From positions 1-33,663 of IMG/VR virus record IMGVR_UViG_3300037424_001358: a DNA stretch of 33,663 nt. The stretch is one strand, 5' to 3'. Positions 16,089 through 24,187 of this stretch are shown here, piece after piece (positions within the stretch are counted from its first letter, which is position 1; each line of letters begins with the position of its first letter). The notes beneath the pieces were generated by a model. That model was not told the origin of the DNA. It was given only the letters and a program-made list of their open reading frames with translations, and did not search any database. Origin of the DNA: a virus (Duplodnaviria; Caudoviricetes). The position numbers were made by a program, and so were the translations under genes.

Positions 16089-16238
16089 AGGGAGAGCAGC
16101 CTTCGACGGCCCTGGGGCTATGTTCACGTGCTCTCCTTCTTCGCGAAGCGACGTAGGTAGAAGCGGGCGGCCCACCTTTTAAGTAAAACCGGATGCCGTC
16201 TGCAACGGCCTAGCACACTTAAGAAGGGCCGCCCACTT
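16089..16238 (+). ncRNA. Putative structured intergenic RNA/DNA element
   Basis: GGAGAGCA/TGCTCTCC stem and a long GGGCGGCCC..TTTTAAGT/ACTTAAGAA GGGCCGCCC stem in a rare non-coding gap. Confidence 0.5.
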
Positions 16239-16259
16239 GTACTTGCGAGGGAGGGTCAA

Positions 16260-16511
16260 ATGGATCTAGAGTATCAGCAGTTGCGTAGGCGAGCCTCGCA
16301 CTATTTCTTCTCCTATGCGCTCGAGCGGAAGAGCGAAGCTGAAGCGAAGACCCTCTTCGACGCTTCCGCGGAGCTAGAGCTCGGCCAGCCAACACTTCCG
16401 GGAGTAGTCGAAGCAGTGCTCGATCGACTCTCTCAGGATCTCTATCGGAACGTCGAAGCGCTTCCTCGAGAGCGTCTTCTCTCCATTCTAAGCGAGAAGG
16501 ATCCAAAATGA
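16260..16511 (+). CDS. Hypothetical protein
   Basis: GAGGGAGG RBS; ATGA coupling. Confidence 0.7.
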   Translation: MDLEYQQLRRRASHYFFSYALERKSEAEAKTLFDASAELELGQPTLPGVVEAVLDRLSQDLYRNVEALPRERLLSILSEKDPK

Positions 16512-17026
16512 GCCAGCATGAAGACGACGGCGGCATCATCTGTGAAGTGTGTGGAGAACCGTACGACTGCCACCCCGAAAAGGTATGTGTGCCTCGAGAA
16601 GAACCTCCACTCTGTCCTCGCTGCCACAGGCTTGAAGCAACTCATGCAGAGCGCTCACCCAACTGTCAACGCATCCGCGATGAAGCAAAGCGTTCTGCTG
16701 CTGTGTATACGCTTCCGGGTGGAGCCCAGCGATCCGAACGTGCTGCGCGCTACGACCTAATCCCCGCAGCAGGGCTTCGCCGCATCGCGCAGCGCTTCGC
16801 TCTAGGCGCGAAGACGCACGGGGAAGGCAACTGGCTCAAGTCTCTCGACACTCGAGAGCACGCTCGCGCGTTTGCGCTAGAAGCGTACAACCATATGCAG
16901 GAGCACCTGCAGAAGATGATCAACGGGGAGGATCCCGAAGACGACCACCTGGGAGCTGTAGGCTGGGCCGTGCTCGTACTGATCCAAGTCGAAAAGCAGC
17001 TCGGCTGCCGCTGGCGAGAGCTCTAA
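16508..17026 (+). CDS. DUF5664-like dATP/dGTP diphosphohydrolase with N-terminal Cys/His region
   Basis: RYDLIP...GAKTHGEGNW...H...EDDHLGAVGW matches the family pattern. Confidence 0.8.
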   Translation: MSQHEDDGGIICEVCGEPYDCHPEKVCVPREEPPLCPRCHRLEATHAERSPNCQRIRDEAKRSAAVYTLPGGAQRSERAARYDLIPAAGLRRIAQRFALGAKTHGEGNWLKSLDTREHARAFALEAYNHMQEHLQKMINGEDPEDDHLGAVGWAVLVLIQVEKQLGCRWREL

Positions 17027-17245
17027 ATGCCCCGCATTCTTGTTCTTCATGAGTACTACGGCTGCGACACAGGGTGTTGTGGGCACGTTGTGGAAATCGA
17101 TGGGGAAGCACGTCCCTTTCACTTCGCACATCCTGAGTCGGACGACGGACATGAGCTCCGCCTCTTTGCAGAGGAGCTCGTCCGCGATGAGGGCTGCGAT
17201 CCTAAGGATATTGACTGGGACAACTGCCTAGTCTTGGACGACTGA
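17027..17245 (+). CDS. Hypothetical acidic protein
   Basis: Abuts the upstream stop; YGCDTGCCGH motif. Confidence 0.7.
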   Translation: MPRILVLHEYYGCDTGCCGHVVEIDGEARPFHFAHPESDDGHELRLFAEELVRDEGCDPKDIDWDNCLVLDD

Positions 17246-17259
17246 AAGAGGAGAACGAA

Positions 17260-17685
17260 GTGCAGATCACCGCGACACGTCGCTTGCAGTATGCCATCGG
17301 TCATCGGGTCTTCCGGCACGAAGGAAAATGTGCTCAACTCCACGGGCACAACTACGTTTTCTTCCTCACGGCTGAAGCCCCAGAGCTCGACTCAGTCGGC
17401 CGCGTGATCGACTTCGGCGTTCTGAAAGAGCGCTTCGGCTCTTGGCTCGAGCTCCATTGGGACCATGGAATGGTCCTCTGGAGGGAAGACGAGGAAGCAA
17501 TTGCAGCGGTCCGAATGGTCTCCGGCTACAAGCTGGCTCTGCTTCCGTACAATCCAACCGCTGAGAATCTCGCGAGGTTCCTTCTCGAAACGGTTGGACC
17601 TTCGGTGCTGAAAGACTCAGGAGTTCGCCTCACGAAAGTCATCGTATACGAAACAGAAAACTGCATCGCGGAGGTGCAAGGGTGA
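17260..17685 (+). CDS. queD: 6-carboxy-5,6,7,8-tetrahydropterin synthase
   Basis: GHR..CAQLHGHNY, DFG, WDH, NPTAENLA, ETEN. Confidence 0.96.
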   Translation: MQITATRRLQYAIGHRVFRHEGKCAQLHGHNYVFFLTAEAPELDSVGRVIDFGVLKERFGSWLELHWDHGMVLWREDEEAIAAVRMVSGYKLALLPYNPTAENLARFLLETVGPSVLKDSGVRLTKVIVYETENCIAEVQG

Positions 17686-17897
17686 ACTCCGAAACGGGCA
17701 AAGCCTATGAAGAACCGAAGAGCGTAGCCGCGGCGCTTGCCCGGGGGGAGAAGCTCGTGCCCGTAAGCAGAGCTGCGGCTCGCCGCATTCGTTTCGGCCG
17801 TATGCTCCTAGCGCAGGAGCTCAAGGCCCGGAGGAAGAGGAAGAAAAATCGTACGCGGGATCGCCTTCAGAAGGCAAGTCGAAAGGCGAACCGATGA
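17682..17897 (+). CDS. Small basic protein
   Basis: GGAGG RBS; GTGA/ATGA coupling. Confidence 0.65.
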   Translation: MNSETGKAYEEPKSVAAALARGEKLVPVSRAAARRIRFGRMLLAQELKARRKRKKNRTRDRLQKASRKANR

Positions 17898-18379
17898 ACG
17901 CTCGAATCACCGAAGCGGAGCTGGCAGACGTAGAGCGTGCGCTCCTACCCGCGCTCAGCTACGCGAAAGGCGTGACCGAGGGAGAGGCCAACCTCGCGCG
18001 TGGAGTGCAGCGGTACATCGCCGAGGTGAGGCGACTCCGCGCGCTGATCGCGGACTGGCACTCACCGGAGCACGACGAGAAGCGCCTATGGCCCGCGCTT
18101 GAGGACGAGGCCCGCGCGATTACACGAGGAGAAGCTATGCCCGATAGGATCACCGATGCCGAGCTGGCGTTGATGTCGTTTACGGTAGATCCGAAGCGGG
18201 CCCAGCTCGTCGTGGAGGTGCGACGGCTGCGCGCGCTGATCGTCGGGGTCGCAGGCGTTTTCGTCGGCGGGCCGGGCCAGTGCATCGCCTGCCACCACAC
18301 CCTGCCGGACCACAGATCAGACTGTGACGCGGCGCCGGTTGTAGCCGAGGCCCGCGCGATTCGCGAGGAGGAAGGATGA
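17894..18379 (+). CDS. Hypothetical protein with internal duplication
   Basis: RITxAELA...EVRRLRALI...EARAI occurs twice. Confidence 0.75.
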   Translation: MNARITEAELADVERALLPALSYAKGVTEGEANLARGVQRYIAEVRRLRALIADWHSPEHDEKRLWPALEDEARAITRGEAMPDRITDAELALMSFTVDPKRAQLVVEVRRLRALIVGVAGVFVGGPGQCIACHHTLPDHRSDCDAAPVVAEARAIREEEG

Positions 18380-18633
18380 AACCCGTTACTCCTCAGGCGG
18401 ATGGTCGAGACTCCGCAGTGTTCGGATCGGGCCAGCCCGAATACATCCAGCTGATCGCAACCGTCGGTCCTGCTCCGGTCTTCGAGGTCACGACCGAGTG
18501 GGAGTTCGACTCGGAAGAGCTCGACCTTCTCCTCCAAGGAGGTCACCTTCAGCTCAAGCTCCTGACCTTCGGTCGTGCGCTTCAGCCGATTAAGCTTCAA
18601 GTCCTCCCTTCGAGGAAGAAAGAAGATTCATGA
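18376..18633 (+). CDS. Hypothetical phage protein
   Basis: GGAGG RBS; GQPEYIQL motif. Confidence 0.75.
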   Translation: MKPVTPQADGRDSAVFGSGQPEYIQLIATVGPAPVFEVTTEWEFDSEELDLLLQGGHLQLKLLTFGRALQPIKLQVLPSRKKEDS

Positions 18634-18812
18634 AGCTGCGCTGGAGAGACACTTCTCGACCCCACGGAGGAGCCAAGCTCACTCGGTACGACGTTACTCA
18701 GATCCGTCGAATGAGAGGCACTCTCAGCTCTCGATCCGTTGCTCGGTGCTTCGCTGTTGGCAAAACCACCGTCCTCGACATTTGGCATGGGAAGACTTGG
18801 AGGAATATGTGA
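18630..18812 (+). CDS. Stand-alone HTH like the C-terminal domain of HNH homing endonucleases
   Basis: AKLT..V.QIR...VARCFAVGKTTV.DI..GKTW. Confidence 0.7.
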   Translation: MKLRWRDTSRPHGGAKLTRYDVTQIRRMRGTLSSRSVARCFAVGKTTVLDIWHGKTWRNM

Positions 18813-18985
18813 CGCTCATTCCTGTTGCGTCTAACTGCAAATCTCGGAGCGGATGCTGCTTCTGCCCTTGCGGGGGTGAAGCGCGTGAACGCTGCGCGAG
18901 CTGCGGACATATCGTCTGTGAAGTCTGCAAAGGTCAGCTTGCTCACTTCTGTGGAGAAAAGGAGAACGCACAATGTACGCAGTAG
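18809..18985 (+). CDS. Small Cys-rich Zn-finger protein
   Basis: GGAGG RBS, GTG start; multiple CxxC. Confidence 0.55.
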   Translation: MTLIPVASNCKSRSGCCFCPCGGEARERCASCGHIVCEVCKGQLAHFCGEKENAQCTQ

Positions 18986-19596
18986 CGGAACGCTTTAAGA
19001 GTGTCCAGGGAGAAGGAGTACACGCTGGCGTTCCGATGGCCTTCATCCGCTTCGTCGGATGCTCTGTCGGAAAAAGTGTCTGCTCTGCTTGCGATACGGA
19101 CTTCGACAAACCTCTCGTCTGGCGTGGAGGAGGCTCGTACTCCGCAGCGGAGCTGATCGAGTGGTCGTATCCGTACGGAACGATCTGCCTAACCGGGGGT
19201 GAACCCCTGAATCAGAATCTTCAGGAGCTCTTGAAGGAAGCTGCAGAGCAGTCGATCCGTGTACACATCGAGACTTCCGGCACGGTGCTCCTCACAGAAG
19301 ACATCGATCTGATCAGTTGGCTTTGCGTTTCGCCTAAGCCGAACTTCCTCCCTCAAATGATCGAGGCTGCTGACGAGCTCAAGGTCATCGTTCCTGGACT
19401 CGGAGTCGGAGAAGGCTGGCCCGGGCTCCAAGATGCACTGACGTGGGCTGCAGTTGGAAAGCCCGTCTTTCTCCAGCCGCGAAACTCGAAGTTCGACGTC
19501 GACAAGCAGAACCTGCTTTACGTCCTCGACCTGCTCCGCGAATATCCACAGCTTCGCTTAAGCGTCCAGCTGCACAAACTTCTTCACGTCCAATAG
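18973..19596 (+). CDS. queE: 7-carboxy-7-deazaguanine synthase (radical SAM)
   Basis: FKSVQGEG, FIRF.GC...CSACDT, TGGEP, IETSG, VSPK, LQP, RLSVQLHK. Confidence 0.95.
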   Translation: MYAVAERFKSVQGEGVHAGVPMAFIRFVGCSVGKSVCSACDTDFDKPLVWRGGGSYSAAELIEWSYPYGTICLTGGEPLNQNLQELLKEAAEQSIRVHIETSGTVLLTEDIDLISWLCVSPKPNFLPQMIEAADELKVIVPGLGVGEGWPGLQDALTWAAVGKPVFLQPRNSKFDVDKQNLLYVLDLLREYPQLRLSVQLHKLLHVQ

Positions 19597-19608
19597 GAGA
19601 AAAATCGA

Positions 19609-19830
19609 ATGAAAGAATTCTCAGTATCCTTCCGAATGACCTTCGACGCTGGCTCGCAGAAGGAAGCAGAGGATAAGAGCCTCCTCATCTGGAATCACCT
19701 TCGGCTCCTCGAGAAAACTGGAGACATCGGAGACTCGGAGCCGATCGAAGCTCCTGAGGAGACGGGCTCGGAATTCGAAGAAGAGGAAGAGGAAGAAGAG
19801 GAAGCGGATGATCCAGACGCCTCCTCCTGA
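19609..19830 (+). CDS. Small very acidic protein
   Basis: AGGAG RBS; poly-Glu tail. Confidence 0.7.
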   Translation: MKEFSVSFRMTFDAGSQKEAEDKSLLIWNHLRLLEKTGDIGDSEPIEAPEETGSEFEEEEEEEEEADDPDASS

Positions 19831-20020
19831 AGAGACTGCTTTCGTCTACACAGTTCTCTATGCAATGGAGCTAGGAGCTCGTATGCGCGAACTCCTAAAA
19901 CCGATCAACGAAGCTCGAGCACAGCTCATCGAGCTTCGCTACAATCCTACACTCGTGCAGACTCCCGAGCATCGCATGCTCTGCCGTCAGACCCGTCGTC
20001 TCCTTCAAGAGGTTCTATAA
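19808..20020 (+). CDS. Hypothetical protein
   Basis: GAGG RBS; abuts folE. Confidence 0.6.
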   Translation: MIQTPPPEETAFVYTVLYAMELGARMRELLKPINEARAQLIELRYNPTLVQTPEHRMLCRQTRRLLQEVL

Positions 20021-20560
20021 GTGGATCAGAGAAAAATGGTCAAAGGGATCGAGCTTCTGCTGCAAGGAATGAAACTCGATCTTGGAGATCCGAACTACAG
20101 GGGAACTCCCGCTCGCGTGGCGAAGATGTTCGCGGAGATGCTTACTCCCACAGAGAGCAGCTGGGCGACATTCCCCGCCTCCAACAGCGACATGGTCATC
20201 CTTCGGGGGCATCGCGTGATCGGCCTGTGCCCTCATCATCTTCAGCCTGTCGAATACACCTGCTCCGTGGGCTATGTTCCGAATGAGCTGACCGTAGGCC
20301 TTTCGAAGCTCGCGCGGGTCGTAGAGCACCAGCTCGTCCGCCCGATCCTCCAAGAAGACCTGGTGAACGACGTGGCGGATGCCCTGTCGCAGAAGCTCAA
20401 GGCCAAAGGCGTCGGAGTAGTAATCGCAGGGAAACACGGATGCATGACGTTTCGGGGAGTTCGCACAGACGGAGACATCGTCGTCAGTGCGATGCGCGGG
20501 GTGCTCCTCTTGAACCCTGCTGCACGAATGGAATTCCTCCAGTTGATAGGCCGTCCTTAA
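20021..20560 (+). CDS. folE: GTP cyclohydrolase I
   Basis: TPARVAKM, CPHHL, GLSKLAR, LQE, HGCMTFRG. Confidence 0.96.
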   Translation: MDQRKMVKGIELLLQGMKLDLGDPNYRGTPARVAKMFAEMLTPTESSWATFPASNSDMVILRGHRVIGLCPHHLQPVEYTCSVGYVPNELTVGLSKLARVVEHQLVRPILQEDLVNDVADALSQKLKAKGVGVVIAGKHGCMTFRGVRTDGDIVVSAMRGVLLLNPAARMEFLQLIGRP

Positions 20561-20746
20561 ATGGCTGTTGCTCATGTACGGCCCCGACCTTGCTGCGACG
20601 TTCGCAAAGGAAGATGTGAGCACCGCGGGAGGCTCGAATACGCTTTCTCTCAAGCCTTCCTCTGGCTCCTTACGAGAGTTCCCCTCCCTCTTGCGAATAC
20701 GCTAGTCGACCTGCGCTTTGGTCGGAAGGACAAAAAATGCACGTGA
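20561..20746 (+). CDS. Small hypothetical protein
   Basis: Fills the gap after folE. Confidence 0.5.
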   Translation: MAVAHVRPRPCCDVRKGRCEHRGRLEYAFSQAFLWLLTRVPLPLANTLVDLRFGRKDKKCT

Positions 20747-20970
20747 ATCATTCGTGGGCCTATTGGTCCGGCGGGCTTTCTCCCCTTGGCCCTGAGCTCT
20801 GCAACTCTATTACACAGAGATGTCGACACTGTGGCCTGAAGCGAAGGATCATTTCTCTAGCTTCAGGAAAGTGGATGCAGCAGTATAGGAAGCCCGGAGA
20901 AGCTTGGAAGAGAGGACACGATGGATCTCTTCTCTTCGACCACGGGGGAATTCCGGAGTGCACGGCATGA
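20737..20970 (+). CDS. Small hypothetical protein (CxxC)
   Basis: AAGGA RBS; ATGA-coupled to the polymerase. Confidence 0.55.
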   Translation: MHVNHSWAYWSGGLSPLGPELCNSITQRCRHCGLKRRIISLASGKWMQQYRKPGEAWKRGHDGSLLFDHGGIPECTA

Positions 20971-23516
20971 GCGACTCTGAACGCGAAGAACTTGCAAAGC
21001 TTCTCGTTGTAGAGGAGAATCCGTGGCAGAAGCCGGAGAGCTGCCGCACGTGCCCCCTCTTCCTCGAGCCCGGAATTGTCCGAGGAGTTGGGCCGCTCGA
21101 TGCGAAAGCAATTCTCGTAGGAGAAGCTCCTGGCGCGGACGAAACGGCTAGCCTCTCCTCGCAGAGTCCTCAGATTGCTGCGACACGTGTGGACGGACCG
21201 TCGTGGCTCAGCGCACAGCAAGCCCGCTTCGCTCCCTTCGTAGGTGGCTCAGGTCGCCTGCTGAGCAGTCTTTGCGCTCAGGCCGGCCTCTACAGAAAAG
21301 GCTCGTTCGTCACGAACGTCGTGAAATGTAGACCTCCCGGAAACAGAACTCCTACTCCCACCGAAATTGTGTGCTGCGCTCCTTTTCTCATCGAAGAAAT
21401 CGAAGCGCGCAGCGCGAACGTGCTCGTAGCTCTTGGAGAGGTGGCACTGAATGTCCTCGCGGATAAAAAAGGGATTGGCCTCCATCGAGGAGTCCCAATC
21501 GAAGGATTCGGAGGACGAAAAGTCCTGGCGACATGGCACCCCGCCTTCATCGCTCGAGCGCAGTACTACTGGCCCTTCGCCGTTGCCGACTTGGTACGAG
21601 CGCAGGCTGAAAGCTCATTCCCCGAACTGCGTCGTGTACAGTTCGAAATTGTCACTGCGTCAAACAGTCCAGATAGTCGAGCAGATCTGCTACGCGCTAT
21701 CCGAAAGCGGGGAGCGTTTACGTTCGACTTCGAAACGACAGGTCTCTCCGGGAAGCGTGATCAGATTAAGATGTGCGGATTTACCGAGGGGCCAGATAAG
21801 GCTCACGTGCTCGATTGGTCCGCTAGTACTCACCAACTCCTTCAGACGCTTTTTGACGACCCTTCGGTCGAAATCGTCGGTCAGAACATACTCAACTTCG
21901 ACTTCCCGTTCGCAGAAGACCAAGGGCTTAAAATTAGGTGGGAGAATGTCTTTGACACGATGACAGCGTTCCACCTTGCGAACTCCTCATACGGACAGAC
22001 AACAGTTGCTGAGCAGAATGCTGGGACGTTCCGTCAACGTGGAGCGGATAAAGACTTGACGTTCATCTCGTCGCTTCACACAGACATCCCTTACTGGAAG
22101 TCGAAAGAAGCGTACGGAAGCAGGTTGTATGAGGTCTGCGGAACAGACTGCATCGCCACCGATCGGGCTGCTCTTGATCCGCAGCGCGGGCTGAAGCGGG
22201 AGCTCGAATCGTACAGCATGACGAAGCTCTACTACGAGCACGTGCTTCCCGTGCATCCTATTCTTCGAAAGATGACGAAGCTCGGAGTGAAGTTGCACGA
22301 GGAACGCGCTGCAGGCTGGGCTCTCATGCTTGCGCAAGAAGCGGACAAAATGGAAGTCTCGCTGAAAGAGAAACTCGGAGAGCCGTATCTGAACTTAGAC
22401 AGTCCCCAGCAGCTCATGAAGGTGCTCTACGAGAAGCTCAAGCTCCCCGTACAGTACGTAATGGACAAGAAGCGGGGGATGAGGCCTACGGCAAACGCCG
22501 ATGCTCTAGAAGCGCTCGCCGAGCTCGCTCCTGAAAACAAAGTCCTTCAGACCCTCGTCACGATTCGACACTTCCGAAAGCTGAAGTCCACATACATCGA
22601 ACCGGCTTTCGCGAGTGGCGACGGACGCATTCATCCTTCCTTCGGAGTCAGCAAGGCTGCAACAGGCCGCTTCAACAGCTGGCGGCCGAACGCGCAGAAC
22701 GTGCCCGAAGAAGTCCGCGACATCTGGATCCCTGACTCTGAAGAGCATGTGCTGATGTCTGTCGACTGGAGCCAGATCGAATGGCGGCTCGCAATGGTCA
22801 TGTCCGGGGATCCTGTCGGGCTTGCGCTGCTCGCAAGCGGTGTGGACAACCACCGGGCGGTAGCCTCGGAGACGCTTGGGAAGAGACTCGAAGACGTTAC
22901 GGATGAAGAACGCTACGCCTCAAAGTTCATTGTGTACGGACTGGGCTACGGCCGCGGCGCAGCGAGCATTTCTGAAGGTCACAACCTTCCCATGGACTTC
23001 GTCCAACAGTTCATCGCTCGCTTCCTCAGCCGCTTTGCGGTCTTTACGAAGTGGAGAGAGCGAAACGTTGACTTCGTCAAGAAGAACCACTTCCTCGCGA
23101 ATCCGTTCATGCGCCGTAGGTGGTGGTATACCCATCAGGTCACGGAAGTGTATAACTTCCCCCAGCAGAGCACTGCTGCTGACATGATGTATGAAGCGCT
23201 GATCGAGCTAGAGAGGCAGATTCCTTCGCAGAGCACGCTTCGCCTGACCGTTCACGATGAAGCGGTGCTCAATGTTCCGAAGGACATTGTCCGCGAAACA
23301 TGGACATGCGTCCGGGACGTAATGCAGATGAAATGGCCTCAAATCGTTGAGGCCTCTGCCGATCCTGCAATCGTGAGGAAGTTCTATCCCGAAGGGTGGT
23401 TCTGTCCCGCAGACATCGGAATCGGAACCGACTGGATGATGACGAAGTCGAAGGACGCGGGAAAGAAGGAAGCAGCGAAGCTGCTACGGAAGGAACTTGG
23501 ATGCGAGAATCTCTAA
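20967..23516 (+). CDS. polA: Family A DNA polymerase with N-terminal family-4 uracil-DNA glycosylase domain and 3'-5' exonuclease
   Basis: UDG: CRTC, VGEAPG, PFVG, TNVVKCRPPGNR, WHPA. Exonuclease: FDFETTG, NFD, DTM. Polymerase: TGRFNS..PNAQN, DWSQIEWR, R..SK...YG..YG, VHDE. Confidence 0.95.
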   Translation: MSDSEREELAKLLVVEENPWQKPESCRTCPLFLEPGIVRGVGPLDAKAILVGEAPGADETASLSSQSPQIAATRVDGPSWLSAQQARFAPFVGGSGRLLSSLCAQAGLYRKGSFVTNVVKCRPPGNRTPTPTEIVCCAPFLIEEIEARSANVLVALGEVALNVLADKKGIGLHRGVPIEGFGGRKVLATWHPAFIARAQYYWPFAVADLVRAQAESSFPELRRVQFEIVTASNSPDSRADLLRAIRKRGAFTFDFETTGLSGKRDQIKMCGFTEGPDKAHVLDWSASTHQLLQTLFDDPSVEIVGQNILNFDFPFAEDQGLKIRWENVFDTMTAFHLANSSYGQTTVAEQNAGTFRQRGADKDLTFISSLHTDIPYWKSKEAYGSRLYEVCGTDCIATDRAALDPQRGLKRELESYSMTKLYYEHVLPVHPILRKMTKLGVKLHEERAAGWALMLAQEADKMEVSLKEKLGEPYLNLDSPQQLMKVLYEKLKLPVQYVMDKKRGMRPTANADALEALAELAPENKVLQTLVTIRHFRKLKSTYIEPAFASGDGRIHPSFGVSKAATGRFNSWRPNAQNVPEEVRDIWIPDSEEHVLMSVDWSQIEWRLAMVMSGDPVGLALLASGVDNHRAVASETLGKRLEDVTDEERYASKFIVYGLGYGRGAASISEGHNLPMDFVQQFIARFLSRFAVFTKWRERNVDFVKKNHFLANPFMRRRWWYTHQVTEVYNFPQQSTAADMMYEALIELERQIPSQSTLRLTVHDEAVLNVPKDIVRETWTCVRDVMQMKWPQIVEASADPAIVRKFYPEGWFCPADIGIGTDWMMTKSKDAGKKEAAKLLRKELGCENL

Positions 23517-23767
23517 CTCCTGAACGAGACGAGCTGGACAAGTGGGCTGCAGCTCTGGACGACCGCCGCACGATCGAGGACTTCCTCTACTGGCTAGCAG
23601 ACCAGAAGATCGAGCCCTGCCAGTGGACCGAAAAGGCTCGCTGGCCGATGCCGATGGCGGAAGGTCGAGTCGGACTCCTAAATCGGTACTTCGGGATCGA
23701 CGCGAAACGTCTAGACGAGCAGCGGCGCGTACTGCTAGCAGAAGCAGGAGGATACAGTGGTCCCTGA
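23501..23767 (+). CDS. Hypothetical phage protein
   Basis: AAGGA RBS before ATG 23501. Confidence 0.7.
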   Translation: MRESLTPERDELDKWAAALDDRRTIEDFLYWLADQKIEPCQWTEKARWPMPMAEGRVGLLNRYFGIDAKRLDEQRRVLLAEAGGYSGP

Positions 23768-23990
23768 ACCGTTCACGGAAGAGCAAGCGAAGCTTCTACA
23801 GAAGCACGGCTTCCAGCCCGGAGTTGTCTACGTTCGGCTCGTGGAGCTGCTCGAAGAAAGGGCAAGCGTAAGGCGCCTGACCAAGCTTCTCGAAGCTTCA
23901 AATCTCTTGGCGAAAGAACGAGAGACGCAAATCGCAGAGCTCCGACGAGAAATCCTCCGACTCAAGGGAGAAAAGGAGATGCAGAGATGA
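23757..23990 (+). CDS. Small coiled-coil protein
   Basis: AGGAGG RBS. Confidence 0.65.
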   Translation: MVPEPFTEEQAKLLQKHGFQPGVVYVRLVELLEERASVRRLTKLLEASNLLAKERETQIAELRREILRLKGEKEMQR

Positions 23991-24187
23991 AGATTGAACG
24001 CGGAGTCGAAGCTGGGGGCCTACGCTTTCAGCTGACCATACATTCGGCAGATGTCACGGCCCACTCGTTCATGTCGGACGAACCTCACCTCATGAACGGC
24101 TTTGCCGATAGCGTCTCCGACTACGCCAGACTTCGTCTGCTCGAAATGACGAAGACCTGTCCCGAAATTAAGGACAAACTCCTATGA
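23987..24187 (+). CDS. Hypothetical protein
   Basis: AAGGAG RBS; ATGA coupling at both ends. Confidence 0.6.
   Translation: MKIERGVEAGGLRFQLTIHSADVTAHSFMSDEPHLMNGFADSVSDYARLRLLEMTKTCPEIKDKLL

Noticed and set aside
16508-17026. 2-aminoadenine (Z) genome
   Set aside because: No purZ is visible in the window; DUF5664 alone is not sufficient.
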